A stretch of DNA of 39,197 nt, from the sequence record MN518894.2, one strand, 5' to 3'. The notes under the pieces were generated by a model. The model saw only the letters and a list, made by a program, of their open reading frames with translations, searched no databases and had not been told where the DNA came from. Made by a program: the position numbers and the translations under genes. Every line of letters begins with the position of its first letter. Within the stretch, counting starts at the first letter, position 1. This DNA is from Escherichia virus LS2. Positions 8,193-18,273 of this stretch are shown piece after piece.

Positions 8193-8216
8193 TTCGGACT
8201 GCTGGGTTTCTTTACG
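8181..8216 (+). terminator. Early intrinsic terminator candidate (TE-like): 12-bp stem, UUCG tetraloop, U-rich tail
   Basis: aacccagtggtc TTCG gactgctgggtt (10 Watson-Crick plus 2 G-U pairs) followed by tctttacg; same architecture as T7 TE. Confidence 0.5.
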
Positions 8217-8235
8217 TCTGGGCCACCAGCCTGAC

Positions 8236-8258
8236 CCTAAGCTATCACTATAGGACAA
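8236..8258 (+). promoter_or_regulatory. Phage-RNAP promoter (+1 near 8253)
   Basis: ccctaagctatcactata G gacaa. Confidence 0.75.
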
Positions 8259-8536
8259 CCTAACCGACCTAAGGAGGAACCGCATGTTTAAGAACTTAAT
8301 GTTCAATCGCCTTACTACAAGATTCCACCTGTCTCACAACCCGTTCGGCTTGCATTAAGCGCAACAACGAGTAGGCTACTTCGGGAAGGCCGTTAAGCTG
8401 TCACCTACAGTGGCTTCGCTAATTACTCGCAAGTGAAAGCTGAAGGCTCGCGAGAAAGGCCAACTTTACGTACCTGTGGTCTTTACAAAGTGGCCTCGCG
8501 TTCGTCTGTTCGTTGAGGTCGTGAAGGAGATGTTCT

Positions 8537-8935
8537 ATGGGGAGGGTGTCATACCACCACAGACTGTCAAGCCTGTATTGGTGTCGACCGCTTCCACTGC
8601 TGACGACCGCTTCCAAACTTGTAGGTAACAAAATCGACGCCGTCCGCAAGCCGTCCCACTATCAGGTCTTTGATGGTGTGGAATCCATTGAGATTATCGC
8701 CCGGTCCATGACTGTCAGCGAGTTCCGTGGTTTCTGCATGGGTAACGTCCTGAAGTATCGACTCCGAGCTGGTAAGAAGTCCGAGCTGGCTACTATGGAG
8801 AAGGACCTAAACAAAGCGGCCTTCTATCAGGAGCTGTTCGACCTGCATAAAGGTAAGTGCTATGCCGCCGAGAGACTGGTGCCGGAGAGAGTGACTCTCA
8901 ACCCGGACTATGCATTACCTATACATATACCATAA
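8537..8935 (+). CDS. Hypothetical protein, DUF3310-like (132 aa)
   Basis: AAGGAG 8 nt upstream; motif PSHYQ...GNVLKYRLRAGKK resembles DUF3310 from memory. Confidence 0.55.
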   Translation: MGRVSYHHRLSSLYWCRPLPLLTTASKLVGNKIDAVRKPSHYQVFDGVESIEIIARSMTVSEFRGFCMGNVLKYRLRAGKKSELATMEKDLNKAAFYQELFDLHKGKCYAAERLVPERVTLNPDYALPIHIP

Positions 8936-8953
8936 ATGGAAGGAGCGAGGTTT

Positions 8954-9112
8954 ATGCACATTGAGGAAAAGAAATACATCGTGGAGCTTGAGGGTCGCGT
9001 CCAGTCCTTCGAGGTTCCTGTGTACGCAAAGTCTCTTGAAGAGGCTACCATGAAGTCCCAAGAGTATGAGGACGCTGGGTTTGTGGTCGGACGGATTCGT
9101 CCTGAGACCTAA
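8954..9112 (+). CDS. gp2: gp2-like inhibitor of host RNA polymerase (52 aa)
   Basis: [14 protein letters not shown]...[10 protein letters not shown] resembles T7 gp2 (HSFEVPIYAETLDEA...AGFEVTRVRP); below the ORF-track cutoff. Confidence 0.7.
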   Translation: MHIEEKKYIVELEGRVQSFEVPVYAKSLEEATMKSQEYEDAGFVVGRIRPET

Positions 9113-9130
9113 ACTATCACTGTAGGACAG
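9108..9130 (+). promoter_or_regulatory. Phage-RNAP promoter (+1 near 9125), variant core cactgtagg
   Basis: cctaaactatcactgta G gacag. Confidence 0.7.
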
Positions 9131-9169
9131 ACGTCAAGTTCGTAACTTTAAATTAGGAGATTTACACCA

Positions 9170-9868
9170 ATGGCTAAAGAGCAACTGAAGACTTTCACCA
9201 CTCCGGTAGCTGGTATCGTTGAGCCTTACGCATGGCTGAACAGAGCAGACACCAAGTTTAACGAGCGTGGTGAGCATAAGGTTAACCTGACATTCAACCT
9301 GAGCGACCCGAAGGTCCGTAAGATGATTGATGTCTTACAGAAGATTCACGACGATGCGTATGCGAAAGCACTTGCAGACCACGAGAAGAACCCACCTCAG
9401 GTTCAGCGTGGCAAGAAGCCTATTGAACCACGAGAAGGCGACATGCCGTGGATTGAGAATGGTGACGGTACTGTTACCCTGAAGTTAAAATGCTTTGCGT
9501 CTTACCTTAAAGATGGCAAGTCCGAGCCTATCGTATTACGGTTCTACGACACCGATGCTAAACGCATCCGTGACGTCCCGAATATTGGCGCTGGGTCTAA
9601 GCTGAAGGTCAAGTTTAAAGTCCTGCCGTTCAAGTGGAACGCTGCGACGGGTGCAAGCGTTAAGCTCCAGCTTGAGTCCTGCCTTCTGGTAGAACTGAAG
9701 GAGTGGAAAGGTGATGGTAATGGTGGCGATGGTGGCTGGGGCGATGATGAAGACCTCGGTACTGGCTACAAAGCGTCAACCGATGGTGACTTCGGGTCTG
9801 ATGACTTCGGTGACGATGGTTCCGAAGGTGGGGATGACTCCAACTCTGGTGGCGATTACAACTTCTAA
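9170..9868 (+). CDS. gp2.5: Single-stranded DNA-binding protein (T7 gp2.5 homolog) with acidic C-terminal tail ending in F
   Basis: Similarity to T7 gp2.5 (EPYA..., GKKP..EGDMP, SKLKVK...PFKWN, ASVKLQLES). Confidence 0.93.
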   Translation: MAKEQLKTFTTPVAGIVEPYAWLNRADTKFNERGEHKVNLTFNLSDPKVRKMIDVLQKIHDDAYAKALADHEKNPPQVQRGKKPIEPREGDMPWIENGDGTVTLKLKCFASYLKDGKSEPIVLRFYDTDAKRIRDVPNIGAGSKLKVKFKVLPFKWNAATGASVKLQLESCLLVELKEWKGDGNGGDGGWGDDEDLGTGYKASTDGDFGSDDFGDDGSEGGDDSNSGGDYNF

Positions 9869-10320
9869 TGGCCCAATGGTCTGCAAAACGGGGGCACTCT
9901 GTGGGTGCCTACCGCTCTGGACTTGAAGCCAAGAACCAGCAGTGGCTGGAACAGAACGGCGTCAAAGCGGAGTACGAAAGCCATTATATCAACTATGTGA
10001 TTCCGGCTTCCGACCACAAGTACACACCAGACTTTATCCTTCCTAACGGTATCATCGTAGAGACCAAAGGTATCTTCGATAGTGATGACCGTAAGAAGCA
10101 CCTTCTGGTACGAGAACAGCACCCAGAGTTAGACATCCGGTTCGTGTTCTCAAGTTCCCGCTCCAAGTTATACAAAGGGTCTCCGACCACGTATGGCGCA
10201 TGGTGCGAAAAGAACGGCTATAAGTATGCCGATAAGTTCATCCCGGTTGAGTGGCTTCGAGAGGCGACTGTACGTCTGCCCTCAGGTATACTCATCCCCA
10301 AGAAGAAAGGAGTTAAGTGA
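9868..10320 (+). CDS. gp3: Endonuclease I, Holliday junction resolvase (T7 gp3 homolog)
   Basis: YTPDFILPNGIIVETKG...DDRKKHLLVREQHPELDIRFVFSSSRSKLYKGSPT matches T7 endonuclease I. Confidence 0.93.
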   Translation: MAQWSAKRGHSVGAYRSGLEAKNQQWLEQNGVKAEYESHYINYVIPASDHKYTPDFILPNGIIVETKGIFDSDDRKKHLLVREQHPELDIRFVFSSSRSKLYKGSPTTYGAWCEKNGYKYADKFIPVEWLREATVRLPSGILIPKKKGVK

Positions 10321-10544
10321 TGACTCAAGAAGTTAAGGTCGTTCGTCAGCGTCTGACCATTGATAAGATCCCGGTAGGCTATGCGTTTATCATCCACGGT
10401 AAGCCTGGTGAAGTGTACGTGAAGATTAGTAACTCTCACGTCTTCAACCATAAGTTGCTACAGATGCATACCACGGATGCTAACCGTTTCCAACGTCATC
10501 TGAACCTAGTAGCCGTAGAGCTGGTGGTGTACGATGGTGAGTAA
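10320..10544 (+). CDS. Hypothetical protein (about 74 aa)
   Basis: ORF between endonuclease I and lysozyme; no homolog recognised. Confidence 0.5.
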   Translation: MTQEVKVVRQRLTIDKIPVGYAFIIHGKPGEVYVKISNSHVFNHKLLQMHTTDANRFQRHLNLVAVELVVYDGE

Positions 10545-10992
10545 GGTTCAGTTCAACCCACGGTCCCGGACTGACGCTATCTTCGTTCACTGTTCGGCTA
10601 CCAAGCCAGATATGGACATCGGGGTAGAGACCATCCGTATGTGGCACAAGCAGCAAGGCTGGCTGGACGTAGGCTACCACTTTATCATCAAGCGAGATGG
10701 CACTGTGGAAGAGGGTCGCCCGGTCAATGTCGTAGGGTCACACGTTAAGGACTGGAACTCAAAGTCCGTAGGCGTCTGCCTTGTAGGTGGAATTGACGCT
10801 AAGGGCAAGTTTAAAGCTAACTTCACTCCGGCCCAGATGCACTCCCTGCGCAACAAGCTGGCTGACCTGAAGGCCCTGTATCCTCAGGCAGAAATAAAAG
10901 CACACCATGACGTAGCACCTAAGGCGTGTCCAAGTTTCGACTTGCAACGCTGGCTGACTACCAACGAACTGGTCACTTCCGACCGAAGCTAA
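10534..10992 (+). CDS. gp3.5: N-acetylmuramoyl-L-alanine amidase / lysozyme (T7 gp3.5 homolog)
   Basis: AIFVHCSATKP...WHKQQGWLDVGYHFIIKRDGTVEEGR...KACPSFDL matches T7 lysozyme. Confidence 0.95.
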   Translation: MVSKVQFNPRSRTDAIFVHCSATKPDMDIGVETIRMWHKQQGWLDVGYHFIIKRDGTVEEGRPVNVVGSHVKDWNSKSVGVCLVGGIDAKGKFKANFTPAQMHSLRNKLADLKALYPQAEIKAHHDVAPKACPSFDLQRWLTTNELVTSDRS

Positions 10993-11128
10993 TCACCGGA
11001 AACATGGGACCATGAGTCCTATGGAAAGTCGTCATTTAGAATTGCGGAGTGACGAATGGCTAAATCGTATTAAGTATCAACAGCCGAGGGTCCACGTTCA
11101 GGTATGATCCACGACAACAAGGCTGAAG

Positions 11129-11151
11129 GCTAAACTATCACCTTAGGGATG
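11129..11151 (+). promoter_or_regulatory. Phage-RNAP promoter, deviant core (ctatcacctta G gg), +1 near 11146
   Basis: gctaaactatcacctta G ggatg; three mismatches to the consensus in -4..-2. Confidence 0.5.
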
Positions 11152-11198
11152 GGACCATGAGTCCTTTCCCTTTGTTCGCATTTGTGATTAAGGAGTGA

Positions 11199-12902
<1,704 letters not shown>

Positions 12903-12980
12903 AAGGGACATCGCGGACTATAAGAACGTCGCGGAGGACACGTACGGCTAAAAAAACTTAAAGCTCGCTACCATCGGTTC

Positions 12981-13109
12981 ATGTACAAATGGTGGAGTGA
13001 TGAAGCAACCTGCCTGTCCAACATTCTGGGAGACCAAAGGTTCGACTCTAAGGCATGGAAGAGAGCTAACCGGAAGTTTATGTATCACTTCTTGCGTACA
13101 GACTTCTAG
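12981..13109 (+). CDS. Small ORF (42 aa) between primase and DNA polymerase
   Basis: ATG-initiated ORF, weak Shine-Dalgarno; position of T7 4.x genes. Confidence 0.3.
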   Translation: MYKWWSDEATCLSNILGDQRFDSKAWKRANRKFMYHFLRTDF

Positions 13110-13112
13110 GTC

Positions 13113-13152
13113 TAGACTCAAGGTCATTCACATCGAGTGGCCTTTATGATTA
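13113..13152 (+). promoter_or_regulatory. RNase III-type processing site
   Basis: tagactcaaggtcattcacatcgagtggcctttatgatta; near-identical to the copies at 6417 and 36188. Confidence 0.6.
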
Positions 13153-13173
13153 GACTAAACCGGAGGATTAACC

Positions 13174-15345
13174 ATGTTTGACCTTAAGAGTATCTGGGGT
13201 TCTGACATAGAGACCAACGGTCTCCTTGATACAGTATCCCAGTTTCACTGTGGGGTCCTGATTAACGCCGAGTCGAATGAGACCCTTAAGTATGGGGTAG
13301 CTCCGATGGTCGGTATCGTCGGTGGCTTCAAAGAGTATGTACAGAAGGTGGAAGAGATTGCCGCATCACCTGATGGTATGCTGGTATTCCACAACGGTAT
13401 CAACTATGACGTCCCGGCTATTGACAAGCTGAAGCGTCTGTACTTTGGGAAACGCTTTAACTTCCCGAAACACAAGATGATTGATACCTTGGTGCTGGGA
13501 CGCTTGATGTATCCAAACATTAAGTTCTCAGACATGGGCGCAGTGAAAGCTGGTCGTCTGCCACCTAAGATGATGGGACGCCAGTCTCTTGAGGCTTGGG
13601 GCTATCGTCTCGGTGAGATGAAAGGTGAGTACAAACACGATTACGTTGCCAAGTGCAAGGCTGAAGGTATCGAATATAAGGCTGGGGACGAATGGTTGTT
13701 CCCATCTCAGGAGATGCTAGACTATAACGTTCAAGACGTTGTGGTCACACTGGCGTTGTTCAAGAAGTTCCTGACTGACAAGTATTACTTCCAGTCTGAA
13801 CAGTTCGCTTTCGACCAGATTTATGCGTTGCGTCTGGAACATGATGCTGCGTGGACCTGTGCGAAGATGGAACGTAACGGCTATCCGATGAACACCGAGA
13901 TGGTCGAAGGCTTATATCGTGAACTCACCGTCAAACGTGCAGAGTTGTTGGACAAGCTGCGTTCGACTTTCGGTAGCTGGTATGCACCAAAGGGAGGCAA
14001 GGAGTTCTTCAAGCACCCACGGACAGGCAAGGACCTTCCGAAGTATCCGCGAGTCGTGTATCCTAAGGTCGGGTCAGTATTCAAGAAGCCGAAGAACAAA
14101 GCTCAACGATTAGGTCTGGAGCCTTGCGAGTTCGACTCACGAGACACGATGGAAGGAGCACCGTTCACACCTATCACTTACGTTGAGTTTAATCCGGGAA
14201 GCGGAGACCACTTAGCGAAAGTCCTGATGGAGCGTGGCTGGGAGCCTGTGGACTTCACTGACACCGGGAAACCTGTAGTCGATGACGAGACGTTAGAACA
14301 CGTTAAGTTACCAGACGAAGAGGCTCAGGCTTGCGTAGAGCTGGTCCGTGAGTATCTGGTAGTCCAGAAGCGCATCGGTCAGGCTGCTGAAGGTAAGAAC
14401 GCATGGTTGAAACTTGTAGGTCCAGACGGACGTATGCACGGTTCAATCAACCCATGCGGGGCAGTAACCGGACGTGCTACTCATAGTTCACCAAACATGG
14501 CTCAGGTCCCTGCTAACGGTGCTCCGTATGGTGAGATTTGCCGTGGTGCTTTCGGTGCAGCTTGGAACAAGACGGATGGTAAGCCAGACCCTTGGATTCA
14601 AGTGGGCGTGGATGCCTCAGGTCTTGAGCTTCGTTGTCTGGGGAACCGAGCGGCCCCGTTTGATGGTGGAGCCTATGCGAAGACTGTGGTAGAAGGGGAC
14701 ATCCACTGGGCCAACGCAGTAAACGCTGGGTTAGCACCTAACGTCCCACGCGATAAGTCGAACCACGACCATGAGGCTTTCCGTAACAACGCTAAGACGT
14801 TCATCTATGCGTTCCTGTATGGTGCAGGGGCCGCTAAGATTGGACTGATAGTCGGTGGCGGTAAGAAGGAAGGTTCAGCTCTCATGAAGAAATTCATTGA
14901 GGGTACACCAGCTATCAAGGATCTGCGAGAGGCTGTGAAGAATACGTTAATCTCAGACTCTAAGTGGGTGGATGGAGAGAACATCGTCAAGTGGAAACGC
15001 CGTTGGTTGCGTGGACTTGATGGTCGCCGTATCCACATCCGGTCGCCGCACTCAGCACTTAACGCCTTACTTCAGGGTGATGGTGCGGTGGTCTGTAAAC
15101 ACTGGCTTGGCGAGAAGGAACCTAAGCTGGAAGAGGCAAAATACGTGCATGGCTGGGATGGTGACTTTGCGTGGATGGCTTTTGTCCATGATGAAGTTCA
15201 AGTTGCCGGAAGGACTATGGAAATAGCTGAGGACATCGTTAAGGTGGCGCAATCCACAATGCGAGAGGTTGGAGAGTTCTACAAGTTCAAGTGTGTACTT
15301 GACACCGAGGGAAAGATAGGATCGACGTGGAAGGAGTGTCACTAA
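13174..15345 (+). CDS. gp5: DNA polymerase (T7 gp5 homolog)
   Basis: Co-linear with T7 gp5 (N-terminal exonuclease D-I-E, motifs NYDVP, RATHSSPN, AKTFIYAFLYGAG, HDE). Confidence 0.96.
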   Translation: MFDLKSIWGSDIETNGLLDTVSQFHCGVLINAESNETLKYGVAPMVGIVGGFKEYVQKVEEIAASPDGMLVFHNGINYDVPAIDKLKRLYFGKRFNFPKHKMIDTLVLGRLMYPNIKFSDMGAVKAGRLPPKMMGRQSLEAWGYRLGEMKGEYKHDYVAKCKAEGIEYKAGDEWLFPSQEMLDYNVQDVVVTLALFKKFLTDKYYFQSEQFAFDQIYALRLEHDAAWTCAKMERNGYPMNTEMVEGLYRELTVKRAELLDKLRSTFGSWYAPKGGKEFFKHPRTGKDLPKYPRVVYPKVGSVFKKPKNKAQRLGLEPCEFDSRDTMEGAPFTPITYVEFNPGSGDHLAKVLMERGWEPVDFTDTGKPVVDDETLEHVKLPDEEAQACVELVREYLVVQKRIGQAAEGKNAWLKLVGPDGRMHGSINPCGAVTGRATHSSPNMAQVPANGAPYGEICRGAFGAAWNKTDGKPDPWIQVGVDASGLELRCLGNRAAPFDGGAYAKTVVEGDIHWANAVNAGLAPNVPRDKSNHDHEAFRNNAKTFIYAFLYGAGAAKIGLIVGGGKKEGSALMKKFIEGTPAIKDLREAVKNTLISDSKWVDGENIVKWKRRWLRGLDGRRIHIRSPHSALNALLQGDGAVVCKHWLGEKEPKLEEAKYVHGWDGDFAWMAFVHDEVQVAGRTMEIAEDIVKVAQSTMREVGEFYKFKCVLDTEGKIGSTWKECH

Positions 15346-15635
15346 TGGCTATGACCAAACGTATGCGAGTTTCGTTCTCGCTGGGTGCTGTGTTTCCAAC
15401 TGAAAACGTGGAGAACTTCAAGAAGACTCTCTGCGAGCTGAGCCGTAAGGTCCTCAACGGAGAGAAGACCACTGGTTTTGAGCATAAGATGGTAGAGGTT
15501 GGTGTAACTGAAGGTCTTGAAGCTGTAGTCGAACTGGTCATCAAGAAAGTTATCGTCGAGCAGCTGAAAGAAGACCTGAGCGATTACGATAGCCAGCCGA
15601 GCTTTGGCAACTTCCGGGTGAGGTTCAATAAATGA
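15345..15635 (+). CDS. gp5.5: gp5.5-like protein; start ATG 15345 (MAMTKRM...)
   Basis: AAGGAG 8 nt upstream; N-terminus MAMTK as in T7 gp5.5 (from memory). Confidence 0.7.
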   Translation: MAMTKRMRVSFSLGAVFPTENVENFKKTLCELSRKVLNGEKTTGFEHKMVEVGVTEGLEAVVELVIKKVIVEQLKEDLSDYDSQPSFGNFRVRFNK

Positions 15636-15841
15636 GTGAATACTTACGGGTCCTAGCGGCCCTTAAGTCCTGCCCGAAGACCTTCCAGTCCAACTATGTG
15701 CGCAACAACGCTGCACTTGTGGCTGAGGCTGCGAGTCGTGGACATCTAAGCTGCCTGTCTATGGACGGGCGTAACAACGGTGCGTGGGAGATTACCGCTG
15801 CTGGCACCAAGTTCCTGAATCAACACGGAGGCTGTCTATGA
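15632..15841 (+). CDS. gp5.7: gp5.7-like protein (69 aa)
   Basis: MSEYLRVLAALKSCPKTFQSNYVRNNAALVAEAASRGHLSCL... closely matches T7 gp5.7. Confidence 0.85.
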   Translation: MSEYLRVLAALKSCPKTFQSNYVRNNAALVAEAASRGHLSCLSMDGRNNGAWEITAAGTKFLNQHGGCL

Positions 15842-16023
15842 AGTCGAGAAGGATCACCGCAAGTACGCTGAGTTGGTCTGTGGAGTGATACCTACGGCTC
15901 AGAGGTAAATCACTGGGACGTATATCGCCAAGTTCAGAAGGAGACCGAAATGTCTTCCAACTTCTGGAGCCAGACATTTATTCGCTGGAAAGGAGCTGCC
16001 GAGGAAGTCGAGCCGAAAGTCTG

Positions 16024-16893
16024 ATGTCTGATAAGAAGATACCTCTGGTTCTGGATGGTGACTATCTGGTCTTCTCTTCTCTGGCTGCTGCCGAGGACGA
16101 GACAGACTGGGGTGATGACATCTGGACCCTTATCTGCGACCACGCCAAGGCTCGTCGTATCCTTGAGAACACCATCGCTGAAATCGTTAAGAAGCGCAAG
16201 GCGTGGAAAGACGCTAAGATTGTGATGTGCTTCACCGACGATCAAAACTGGCGTAAGGACGTTCTGCCAACCTATAAGGCCAACCGTAAAGGTTCCCGCA
16301 AGCCTGTAGGTTACAAGAAGTTCGTAGCCGAACTGATGGCTGACCAACGGTTCAACAGCTTCCTGCGTCCTACGCTTGAAGGTGATGACTGTATGGGTAT
16401 CATCGGGACCCGACCTCAGATTGTTGGCTGTGATCATGCGGTTCTGGTGTCCTGTGACAAGGACTTCAAGACCATCCCGAACTGTGAGTTCTTCTGGTTA
16501 TCCACTGGTGAAATCCTCAGTCATACGACTGCCGAGGCAGACTACTGGCACATGGAGCAAACCATCAAGGGTGACACTACAGATGGCTACGGCGGTATTC
16601 CGGGGCTGGGTGGGGACACCACTCGTGCGTTCCTTGACGAGCCGTACTACTTCGTGCAGGAGAGCCGTGAGCTTAAGACTGGCAAGAACAAAGGCCAGAT
16701 TAAGACCGAATGGAAGAAGTATCCTAAGCGTGAAGACATGACGCTGTGGGACTGCATGGTTACACTGGCTGCTAAGGCTGGTATGACCGAGGAGGAACTT
16801 CTGGTCCAAGCTCAGGTCGCTCGTATTTGTCGAGCCTCCGACTATGACCCTAAGTCCAAGGAGGTCATCCTGTGGACACCATCCATGTACTAA
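16024..16893 (+). CDS. gp6: 5-prime to 3-prime exonuclease (T7 gp6 homolog)
   Basis: 289-aa ORF at the conserved position after gp5.7; FEN-like family by position and length. Confidence 0.85.
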   Translation: MSDKKIPLVLDGDYLVFSSLAAAEDETDWGDDIWTLICDHAKARRILENTIAEIVKKRKAWKDAKIVMCFTDDQNWRKDVLPTYKANRKGSRKPVGYKKFVAELMADQRFNSFLRPTLEGDDCMGIIGTRPQIVGCDHAVLVSCDKDFKTIPNCEFFWLSTGEILSHTTAEADYWHMEQTIKGDTTDGYGGIPGLGGDTTRAFLDEPYYFVQESRELKTGKNKGQIKTEWKKYPKREDMTLWDCMVTLAAKAGMTEEELLVQAQVARICRASDYDPKSKEVILWTPSMY

Positions 16894-17016
16894 ACTGGGT
16901 CGGACTTCTGGCCCTTTACTGCATGTACAAGTGGTTCGGGTCGAACAACCGCCCTAAACACTGAGTCTAACCGATAGTCATATCCTATCAATCCAACAGT
17001 CATCCATAGGTGAAAC

Positions 17017-17039
17017 ACTAAACTATCACTATAGGGACT
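17017..17039 (+). promoter_or_regulatory. Phage-RNAP promoter (+1 near 17034), phi6.5 equivalent
   Basis: cactaaactatcactata G ggact. Confidence 0.8.
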
Positions 17040-17100
17040 TTAGGACCTAAGATATGACTATAAGATAGACTTTAGTCTTAACTTAAAGAGGAGATTCAAG

Positions 17101-17373
17101 ATGGCTATTAATGCTATTGAAAACGTTGTTAAGCAGTTACAGGAAGAAAGACTCGATGTCCCGAACATCTCCCAGTCTGCTATCCAGTTCCTGCACGTAT
17201 TGTTCAACGCAAGCTACGCTGAGAAGATGGGAGCTATTAGTCTCCTCAAGCAGCAGGGCTACAGCGATGCGTTCATTGCCGGATTCATCAAGGGTCTCCA
17301 GTATTGCTCTGACACTCTCGACTCTGCGATTGCTATGCGTCGTGAGCTGAAAGATACCGTTCAGTTCGATTAA
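17101..17373 (+). CDS. gp6.5: gp6.5-like protein (90 aa)
   Basis: Positional equivalent of T7 gene 6.5. Confidence 0.7.
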   Translation: MAINAIENVVKQLQEERLDVPNISQSAIQFLHVLFNASYAEKMGAISLLKQQGYSDAFIAGFIKGLQYCSDTLDSAIAMRRELKDTVQFD

Positions 17374-17387
17374 CTGTAGGAGGGACT

Positions 17388-17612
17388 ATGTGTTTCAGTC
17401 CAAAGATTAGCACTCCGAAGCCTTCGGTCCAAGCACCTGAACCAGCACCCCTGAGTGAGGAAGTTGCGTCAGTTGACATCGGGGCTGAATCGGATGTGGA
17501 CACCAACGAGACCAAAGGTATCAAAGACCTGAAGGTCAAGAAGGAGTCTGCAACTAAAGATAAATCGTCAGTAAGTCGCGCTATGCGAGCCTCTGGCGTC
17601 AACATGGGGTAA
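17388..17612 (+). CDS. gp6.7: gp6.7-like virion protein (74 aa)
   Basis: MCFSPKISTPK...APEPAPL matches the T7 gp6.7 N-terminus. Confidence 0.85.
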   Translation: MCFSPKISTPKPSVQAPEPAPLSEEVASVDIGAESDVDTNETKGIKDLKVKKESATKDKSSVSRAMRASGVNMG

Positions 17613-17616
17613 GACA

Positions 17617-18021
17617 ATGCTACCATATCTCAACTCACGCGAAGGTCGCCACATGTGCGCTTGTCGCCTCTGGGAAGACGGGCAGTCTAACTTCAAGTCA
17701 TTCGAGGACTTCAAGGCTCATACTTACCGTATTGCTGACGAGTTCGACGGTGAAGAGTACACAATCTACGATGTCTCAGGTCAACCAGTAGCGTATCTCT
17801 ACATGCTGGCTACCACATCTTGGCACCGACCGACTCCCGGTCTTGACCTTTCAATCGTCGCTATTCGTCGTGACTCGCAGTCCTCCCGCAAGGTTCTTGA
17901 GACTGTCAGGTACATCATAGACGAAGAGTGCAAGCGTTGGGGTCTTGGCTGGTATTCTCGTGTCAAGCATGTTTCCGGGTCGGTAGACATCGTAACAACC
18001 AAGGAGATTAACCGTGGGTAA
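17617..18021 (+). CDS. gp7: gp7-like protein (134 aa)
   Basis: Position and length equivalent to T7 gp7. Confidence 0.7.
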   Translation: MLPYLNSREGRHMCACRLWEDGQSNFKSFEDFKAHTYRIADEFDGEEYTIYDVSGQPVAYLYMLATTSWHRPTPGLDLSIVAIRRDSQSSRKVLETVRYIIDEECKRWGLGWYSRVKHVSGSVDIVTTKEINRG

Positions 18022-18262
18022 ATCAATCAGTAAGGCCTTCAGTAAAGTAGTAAAAAATGCTTTAGGGACCGTTGGTCTTGGTAACGATGGCACACCTAAG
18101 GTTGTTGAGGCTCAGACCCCAGCAGCGCCAGTGGAAGTACCGAACGACAAAGTGGAAGATGTGGATACCGAAGCGACTGCATCTGACGAGAAGAAAGTGA
18201 AGCGTTCCGGTAAGCGGAGCCTTCAGGTCTCTCGCACCTCTGGTGGCGGTATTTCTATATAA
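18014..18262 (+). CDS. gp7.3: gp7.3-like tail assembly/virion protein (GTG start)
   Basis: C-terminal SGKRSLQVSRTSGGGISI matches T7 gp7.3 (...KKSLSVARSSGGGINI); AAGGAG upstream. Confidence 0.8.
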   Translation: MGKSISKAFSKVVKNALGTVGLGNDGTPKVVEAQTPAAPVEVPNDKVEDVDTEATASDEKKVKRSGKRSLQVSRTSGGGISI

Positions 18263-18273
18263 GGAGGTGACGA

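Noticed and set aside
8283-8357. 24-aa ORF after the promoter at 8236, and other ORFs under 30 aa (15838-15888, 15950-16024, 16909-16950)
   Set aside because: Too short and without recognisable similarity to be supported from sequence alone, although T7 does have tiny genes at some of these positions.
9711-9926. 71-aa ORF overlapping the acidic tail of SSB, and similar internal alternative-frame ORFs (12631-12894, 16376-16741, 26334-26645)
   Set aside because: They are embedded in alternative frames of conserved genes, with low-complexity translations and no start context.
15934-16437. 167-aa minus-strand ORF overlapping the exonuclease gene, and the other minus-strand ORFs in the track (for example 3056-3524, 21411-21965, 36319-36828)
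   Set aside because: T7-type genomes are transcribed entirely left to right. All of these overlap well-supported plus-strand genes and lack promoters or Shine-Dalgarno sequences.
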